From: Octopus vulgaris
Lineage: Eukaryota
Reading direction: 5' to 3'
Assembly (NCBI GenBank): GCA_951406725.2
Contig: OX597814.1
Location: 161,014,001 to 161,078,000 of the forward strand
DNA: 64,000 nucleotides
Part shown: positions 27,401 to 36,900 of the stretch, piece after piece
How the letters are laid out: each line of letters begins with the position of its first letter
How positions within the stretch are numbered: the first letter of the stretch is position 1
The notes under the pieces: model-generated
Seen by the model: the letters and a program-made list of their open reading frames with translations, nothing else
Databases searched by the model: none
Told to the model about the DNA's origin: nothing
Made by a program: the position numbers and the translations under genes

Positions 27401-30400
27401 GAAAACGGACGTTAAATAATGATGATGATGATGTTACCAACCCGGCTGAAACCGGCTCTGGATCTGAGTACAAATGTCTTGTTTTCATAAGTTTTGAATT
27501 AAAATCTTCCACCAAACCTTAGTCACTGAAAGATAACCAAGTTATTTTACTAAATTCTTTGTTATATTTAAAGTAACTGTAAGAAACACAGAGCATCTCA
27601 AAATAAATACAGTAACGAAAGGGTTAAACTAGCCATATCCAGCTTAAACATAATGGTCAAACTGGCTGGATCTGGCCTCTCACACCTACCCTACAATGTC
27701 CTTCTAAAAATAAACAATCACATCATTGAAATTTCAAAGCTATGACATTAATGCAAAGATTAAAAGGAATGAAGCCAGTATGCTCCGCTGGATATATAAT
27801 GTCAGAGTGCGTACTCGACAGAGTGTAAGTACCTTGAGAGAAAAGTTGAACCTAAGAAGCATCATATGTGGTGTGCAAGAGAGACGACTGCACTAGTATG
27901 ATCATGTGGTGAGAATGGATGAGGATAGCTGTGTGAAAAAGTGCCACACCTTAGTAGTTGAGGGAACCTGTGGAAGAGGTAGACCCAGGAAGACCAGGGA
28001 TGAGGTGGTGAAGCACGACCTTCAAACGTTATGCTTCATCAAAGCAATGACTAATGACCGAGACCTTTGGAAATATGCTGTGCATGAAAAGATCCAGCAA
28101 GCCAAGTGAGGTCATAACCTGTGGCCTATGCCAGGGGTATAACCAGCCCACTTATGCGTAGCTTTCCTTCATTGGACACTAAACTCTGCTTGCGAAGACC
28201 TGTTGAGGTAAGTGAAATCCAAATCGAATCAAAATAAGCATTACATTTGGCAGAAAAATTTGAATGCTAAATGGTTAACAAAGGAGTATCTGTAACTTGA
28301 TGCAAAACAAATGTCTAAAGGGATTTTGTTCATAAAGCAATGGTTTTCCAGTTCTCTTGCAAATATTTATATCTTTTGCTGAAAATACACACATAAATAC
28401 ACACGATATATGGTTAGTGAGGAGAATGGTACCTCACTCACTGAAAAACATGAAGAAAGTTGGGAGGTTATCTGTATTGCAGAGTGTGCTAGAAAACTAA
28501 CTTGCTTGTACTTGTGATGGAATTCACCCAGGGTGGATTGAGCCGGCGTCTTCTCTGGTCCTGACGGCATCACGAACCATGGCAGGCCACGCTCGACGGT
28601 CCTGTGCGAGGTCACTGGAGATAGCAAGCCATTCGTGGTGCCATCTGTGCAGACTGACCACCTGTGGACCTGAGAGTTCGGAGAGGTCCTCCTTTATTGA
28701 CATTGCCCAGGTCTTCAGCTGCCCGCCCATGCGTTTGCGCCAGTTGGGAAGTGGAGGTGGGAGGAGGACATCGCGAATCAGCTCACCCTATGGACGCCGG
28801 GCCGCATGACTGAACCACCTTAAGCACCATTGTAGAAGCACCGAAGGGAGAGGCCGGAGATTCAGGCGATGATGAAGACTGGCTGTAGGAACCCGATCAA
28901 TGCATTGGCAGCGAAGAATACAGCAGAGACAGTTATTGTCGAACACCTCCAGCCTTCACTGATCGACTACCCTCATAAGCCATGTTTCACAACCATAGAG
29001 GAGGATAGTACGAAGGATGGCCTGGTAGATTCGCCCTTTGGTCACTGAGGAGATCTCTCTTCTATCCTACAGGTACCACTGGAGGCGCATGAATGCAGAT
29101 CTGGCAGCACCTATGTAACGCTTGACCTCGGCTGCACCCTGGCCTGTTGGAACCACCACTGAACCCAGGTAGACGAAAGACTCCACATCCTCCAGCTCCA
29201 TGCCCTCGAGAATGGCTGCCATTCATCTGCTGTGACCAGAGACATTATCACTTTGGTTTTGCCAGCATTGATCCGAAGACCAACAGCTGATCTAAAACTA
29301 AGGACCACAATCAGTGGTAAGATCCTAGATGGATGTAAACTGAGGATGATGGTGACATGCTATGGTTCTCCAAAGAGTTTCCATCAACAACATTCCATTC
29401 ACAAGGGTTATGGTAGAAGACACTTGCCCAAGGTACTTCACAATAGGATCAAACTTGGAGCCACATGGTTACAAAGCAAACAACTTAACTTTACCATACA
29501 TACAGAGATAAATATGTCTCCTGCACCCATAGCAATTATGAAAATAATTAAGCAGCGGAAACTGTAGAGCATCAGACTCAATGTCTTCCAGTATTAAATA
29601 TTATCCCTGGATATTGACTTCAAATCCCTTTAACTGGGATCGATCTAATGAACTATACCTCTACCATATACAAATGTGAAAACAAGACAAATCACTGAAA
29701 GAAATGATACAATTATTGTTTTTACACAATAAACATATTTACATTGCTTTAAATTACTTAGAGGAAGAGCAGGACCTCTAAAACTAATGACATTTTGCTT
29801 AGACCAAAGACCTGGCCTTGAGCGCCTGCAAAGAAAGTGGCCTACAGGGATACTAAATTGGACAATGAATTAAATCTGCAATGCAATATTTACTTTGGAA
29901 GGTTTTTATAACTTCCTAATGGCACAGAGCAAAATAGTTCCAACTAAAAAAAAAAAAAGATAGAAGAAAAGAAATTGCATCTTACCTCTATGTATTTTGT
30001 CATCATAAGTGGAAGCATTTGAATAGGAATAGGTATGTCTAGTTTGAGAGTTAGGACTACCAAAGGCAGCATAGAATGGTTGACTATGCATTAAAGGTTT
30101 TGGTGTTGGTACCTGTAATAATGGTACAGGTCTTTGTATGGAAGTCTTAAAACCCAAATTTTTTGGTGAATGTGGCTGATGGTATGCATTTGAAGGTGAA
30201 ATAAAGTTATCTTGTGGGGAGTAGGGTGAACCATTTCTGAAGTCCATATTAAAGGGAGGTTTCAGCAATTTATAGTGATATTGACCATTCCTTTGTAAGA
30301 TTCCCATCACCATTTCAGGAATAGCTTGTAAAACTGCATCCAGTGAACAAAATCCGCATTTCTCGTAGTTTAAAGAAGCGCCAAACCTGTAAAAGATAGT

Positions 30401-33400
30401 TTTAAAAATTGAAGCAATTCTGGAGAACATCTTTAGTCTTTTACTTGTTTCAGTCATTAGACAGCAGCAATGCTGGACCACCATTCAAGAAATTTTAGTA
30501 AAATGAATTGACTGCAGTACCTATTTCTTTTTTAAAGCTTGGTACATATTCTATCAGTTCTCTTTTGCCAAACTGCTAAGTTACAGGTTGTCAAGCAGTG
30601 GTGGGAGACAAACACACACACATATATAACGGGCTTCTTCCAGCTTCCGTCTATGAAATCCACTTACAAGGCTTTGGGCAGCCCAATGCTATAATGAGAC
30701 ACTTGTCCAAGGAGCCACACAGTAGGACTGAACTCAGGACCATGTGGTTAGGAAGCAAGCTTCTTTCCACCCAGCCACACTTGTACCTTATATCATTTTC
30801 AAAATAAGTTACCATTTACACACAATGCTGCACAAAGTAAAAATAGTTGTCTCATTGTTATTTTATCTGCTTTCTCTATGCTGGCATGGATTGTATGAGA
30901 CTTATTCTTGTTGCCAATCTACACTTGCTTTCCAAGAAAGGTATTTTTATTCTACTGGTCTTCACATGAAAGAGCTATGGGGCCTGTTTACAGGAAACCT
31001 AAACAAACCTTTATTCAAATAGTGTTAACATGAAGAGGCACACTGACACACAACTGTATGTACATATATAATAAGATTTTGTACAGTCTCTATCTCCTAA
31101 ATTTCACTTACAAGGTATTGGTCAACCAGAAGTTAGAGTAGAAGACACTGAAAGCACTTGGTTCTGAAGTTTGTAACCACACAACCAAGCCCATCAAAGA
31201 GACAGGAGCATTTTCACTAAAACACACAAAAATGGACTTAATTTCAGCCTACTAAATTCACTCAGCAAGAATTGGTTAGCCCAAGGCTTATAATAGAAGA
31301 CATTTGCCCTAGGGGTGCTGCACAGTGACACTGAACCTGAAACCACATGGTTGGGAAGCAAGCTTCTTATCCACATAGCCATTAGCCTTCTTGTAAACCA
31401 GTGGTTTTGGCAGTTTATAACCAGTGATTCACTGTCGTATTGAATTTTTTTGTTCTTTTACATGTTTCGGTCATTTTGACTGCAGCCATGCTGCACTACC
31501 TTATAGCATTTTAGTCTAAGAAATTGACCCCAGGACTTATTTGTTGTAAGCCTGGCACTTATTCTATCAGTTTCATTTGCCGAACTGCTAAGTTACAGGG
31601 GCAATAAATACACCACCATCAGTTGTCAAGCAATGGTAGGAGGACAGAGACACACACATATATACAATGGACTTCTTTCAGTTTCTGTCTAGCAAATCCA
31701 CTCACAAGGCTTTGGTTGGCCTGAGGCACTTGCCCAAGGTACCACTCATTGGGACTGAACCCAAAGCCATGTGGTTGGGAAGAAGCTTCTTACCACGCAG
31801 CCACACCTACACCCGTTTTATTTTTTCACAGTATTACTATATATGCAAGTGTTAAAAAGTATAATCTCCAATTGAACAAAATTATGCTGCAAGCTTTGTG
31901 ATGCCTTTTGCCAATTACTTTAAGTTACATTTCTTGGAAGGATTGCATTGTCTGCTACAAATCAGAATACCAGTTGTACTCTGAGGAATGCAATCTATCA
32001 CACAAGGAATGAATAAAAATTGCGTAGAAATCTCCCTGAACCTTATATTGGGTAGCAGCTCAAAGAAAAGGTGAACGACTCAAAAAACATTAAAACAACT
32101 ACACCAAAAACAAAAAAACCCACCAACATTTTATCTATTGTTCCAGATTGACACAACCTTTTAGCATTTAATTCCAGATTGTTACAACCTTTTAGCATTT
32201 AATTCGACTATTTAATCTGGCCAAAATATTTCTACTAGTTTTACGTTCAAAACAACCAGATCCAACCCCAACAATGTCATTGTAAAAATATACAAACACA
32301 CCATTTAAATGCTGAATCAACAAGATAATGCGTGATTAATTCAAAGCAATGTGAACCTTTTAGCATTTAATTCGGCTATTTAATCTGGCCAAAATATTTC
32401 TACTAGTTTTATTTTCAAAACAACCAGATCCAACCCCAACAATGTCATTGTAAAAATATACAAACACACCATTTAAATGCTGAATCAACAAGATAATGCA
32501 TGATTAATTCAAAGCAATGTGAATAAAAACGCATTACATTTGACAAAGAAATCTGAATGCTAAAGGGTTAAACAAAAGATTTAAGCTACTTTGTTGGTGA
32601 CTGGTTTGGATTCTGGAAAAGGTAAAAAAAAAAAAAAAGAAGAAGCTTAAAATAAATGCCAAAGAAACAAATTCTTATATTCTTGTTTTCAGTCAATGGA
32701 CTGCAGGTTTACTTAAAGGTTTAATCAGTCAACTCCAGTATTTTTAAGTGTATAATCTTTTAATTCTTCTATACTGAACGACTAAGTTACAAAGGCATAA
32801 ACAAATCATCATTCGTTGTCAAGCAGTGAGAGGTAAACATACATGTACGCATGCAAGCACATACATACATCATCATTGTTCCTCTTTATCTTTTGCATCA
32901 TCTACTTTTCATGCTGTATTGTAGAGTGTGCTAGAAAATTAAGGACCAGAATGAGTGGTAAGATCCTGTAAGATGGATGTAAACTGAAGATGATGGTGAC
33001 ATACTATGGGTCTCCAAAGACAGACCAACATGATCCAAAGGGTTGGGGGGAAAACATCTTACACAAATATCTGTTTCCACATGATTTCTATATATGGATG
33101 CTCTGCATAACACAATCCAATTTACAGAGGGTAATGGGTGAATTTTTCACTGGTAACAGCACAAGAAAAGTTGTCAAGGCTCTTTGCAAGACTGAAGGGT
33201 CCACTCAACCCTGTTCAGTTCACTGGATGCTATTTTGAGGGCATGAGCACTAAATGAGGACCCCTCATAACACACAAGATTAAAGAGCCCCCTTAACTGA
33301 AAGGTAAATAAGAGGGTAATGAGTTTAAGCAAGACGTTGAAAGAGGTTGAAGTATAATGAGAGTAGCAGATGTATTGTTGAGTGGATGAGTAGGGGGATC

Positions 33401-33867
33401 TAGTGTTCTGGGGTGGGTGAAATGGGTGCTTGAAAGAGAAATGGCGTTCAGGGAGGCAGAGGAAGAAGAAAAGCCATGGGCTTAATGTGGGGAAAGAGAG
33501 ATGGCATAGAGGAGGAATGGATGAATGTAATGAGAACAGTGAGAGTAAAAGAGGCAGTGGGAAGGCAAAGGATCTCAATGCAGTGACATCCCAGCCACCT
33601 TCACAACTTGTTTTAGCATTCTTTCAGCCTTGACTGCACAAGAGTCAGCTTTCTCCAACACCATTGTGTCACCTTGTTATCATGATTCCTTATCTATTTC
33701 AACACCAGGCGTAAGAGTGGCTGTGGGGTAAATAGCTTGCTTACCAACCACACGGTTCCGGGTTCAGTCCCACTGCGTGGCACCTTGGGCAAGTGTCTTC
33801 TACTATAGCCTTGGGCCGACCAAAGCCTTGTGAGTGGATTTGGTAAACGGAAACTGAAAGAAGCCTG

Positions 33868-33903
<36 letters not shown>

Positions 33904-36900
33904 GTATGTGTATATGTTTGTATGTCTGTGTTTGCCTCCCCGCCAACATCGCTTGACAACCGATGCTGGTGTGTTTACGAACTTAGCGGTTCGGCAAAAG
34001 AGACCGATAAAATAAGTACTAGGCTTACAAAGAATAAGTCCAGGAGTAAATTTCCTCGACTAAAGGCGGGGCTCCAGCATGGCCACAGTCAAATGACTGA
34101 AACAAGTAAAAGAGTAAAGAGACCATGAGAGGGATCAGATTTCACCATTGTGTCGCATGTCTTTGTAGATCTTCCTCTTGCACAGGTACCAACCTCTTTG
34201 CGTGCTCTGCACCTTTTTATGCAGCTGTTGTCATTCATATGCATCACATGCTCATACCAATGCAGTTTATTTCTTATATACTATGTCTAATCCGTATTAT
34301 ATAATCGTTCTCTCATGTCATTTATACTCAGTTGTTCATGCATGTTAACATTATATGTCTAGCAAAGCATACTTGCTGTATTCATTTCTAGTCTTCACAA
34401 ATCCCCTGCATTCAAAGCTCATATTTCATTACCTTGCGGCATTGGATTTCACATACAAGCATCATACACTGAGGGAGAGGTTCTTCGTTGCCAACAGAGA
34501 CAGTAGCACTGGAGAATTTTTTTCTGATAGGTTCATACTCTGGTTACTATGCTTTCAGAGCACCTGCCAACGGTGTTAATTAGATCACCTATGCAACAGA
34601 GACTATTTACTACCTTTTGGAAGCCAACAAGGCAGTTGAAAGAATCTCTTTCCTGAGTGCTTTTCATGTGCACTTGCCACATAGGAAAGTCAGCTTTTTT
34701 GTTACCCTGCTTGCAGTCCCCACCTCTTGTGTGTATATTCTTTGCACTGAGCACACGATATGAAATCTCTGACAACAAGTAACTCATTTCAGCTAACGAG
34801 AAATCCTCTATACATGATAATTAAAGGCGTTTCAGTAATGATTTGGCTGTTGTTTCTAGCCGATCGAATGAGGCGTGGAGGTTTCCTGTTAACTGAGATT
34901 AGTTGTTTAGCTCCAGGCAGTTCTGTTTCAGTAGACCTATGATTAAAGACACTCCACCCCTGACCATCGTATCTTTGTTTTTAAGCAGTGTACTTTCAGA
35001 CATTCAGTATGTCCTTTAAAATGATGATAGGGTGTAACAATGAAGATTTAGGTTTTAGAAAAACTCGCGTTCGGAACGCCGTTCATGACTGGGTGGTCAT
35101 GGTTGAAACTTAAAATAGGTGAAATGATCACTGGGAACGCGTTGAGAGAAAGGCGTATGTTTTCACGCATCGGCGCATATTTTCCCGCGTTCACAGCGAA
35201 ATAAATCGGACGCATTATTTTTACGTTTTGGAAAGTTTTCTTGTTTTAGAAGCTAAACTATGGGTTACCCAAAATATCTGTGTTGAGGTAGTCCCAGTTA
35301 GAAGAAAGTGCAAAGCTCATAAGCTTCACAGTGGGAGTCCGAGACTATTTATCGCATCTCAAATGTGCGATACGAAAATCAATTCATACTAACAGTAAAA
35401 AAACAACAACATTAGCAGCACAGGTGTAAGAAGAACTATAGTGATAGACTTCAACTGGCTATTTACCACCAGATTCCATACAAACGTGTTATCATTAATT
35501 TATGAGACAACCCAGTTGAACAAGAAACTTGTAGATTTTCACTCAGTGAATAAACTACCACACGTAATTTTATCCAACCTGCAAAAACAGTATGAGGATG
35601 ATAACGGAAGTAGGGTAGCAGGGCAAAGAGAGTGAGTGAGAGGTGTGAATAAAAAGAAAGATAGAGAGGTATATTATACACACTTGTTAGAGGTAGGATG
35701 CTGTTTTAACACAGAGTATATTATGTGAGGTTTAGAGTTGTATACATTATATACACATATAACCTACTTTCTAGCAGCTTTTCTTAATGAAAAAATAGGA
35801 AAGCTCAAAAGATATTCAAATTGTCGCAATCAATAAAATAAATATTTTGCATGCAGACAATATGACATTTCACGCGAGCCTAAAGGAAACAGCTTAATTC
35901 ACTAAAATATAAATTAGAAAAAAAAAGTTACGGCTAAAAATGTTCAAAGTGAATTAAGTAGAAATAATATGCAACAGTTAAAAAGTATGTGAAGAATTTG
36001 AACATGGTAAGTCAAAGTTAAAAAGCTAGTTGAATCTATAGGCCTCATCAAAAATATGCATACAAATCAGATTCAAGTGATTATTCTTAAAATGTGCAGA
36101 GAATTATACTGGAATAAAATTGGCAATAAATTAAGAAGCTTAATTCATAAAATAAGAAAGCAAGCAAAATTAGAGAAGAATTAAAACCTGTTAACGAAAT
36201 CTAACTCGATGACAAAGTTTGACAACATGGGCTTTCATTTTAAATTACGTATGTAATTGATACAAAAAGAACAGAAAGGAAATAATCAGGCTTGTACAAT
36301 ATCCAACGTGGGGACTGTGTCGAGAGTTTAGTTAACTATATGAATAGATGCACACACTTTAATATAAACGACTGTTTTGCTAAGTTAGTAAGCATAAAGA
36401 GAAATTCGTTCAGTGTTGTTTTGATATCCATGGTCATACAAATTAAGGAAGTAGGAGTCTCTGGAAATTAAGTATGTTTCACAAGGGCAAATTTTTGGTT
36501 TTAATTAAATAAGTTTGTGAGCGTTAAGGAAGTGAGGATTTATTTGCTATACATTTTAGAAATTTGAAAAATTGCCTTTTTTTTTTTTTGCTTTGAAAGC
36601 ATTTTGCCGACACCGTCGATAGTTTTGTGAAGTATAAATTTACAACAACCATACAAAAGTCTAAGAGGAAAAATTGCGTCCATAACTATCAATAACAAAT
36701 CAAATTTATGATTAACTCTAAATGAAACAAATTTTAAGAGGAATAAATTCTTGCCTCACCTTGCTTTATAAGCAGCATCAAAAGAATGGACACTAATTGG
36801 CTCAGAAAAACTCCTTAAAGTTTGTTGGATTTGAATTTTAATGAAATTTGGTAAGGAAGGAAGTCGAAACTGTTTGCTGTTGTTTGGACGGAATCTGTTT

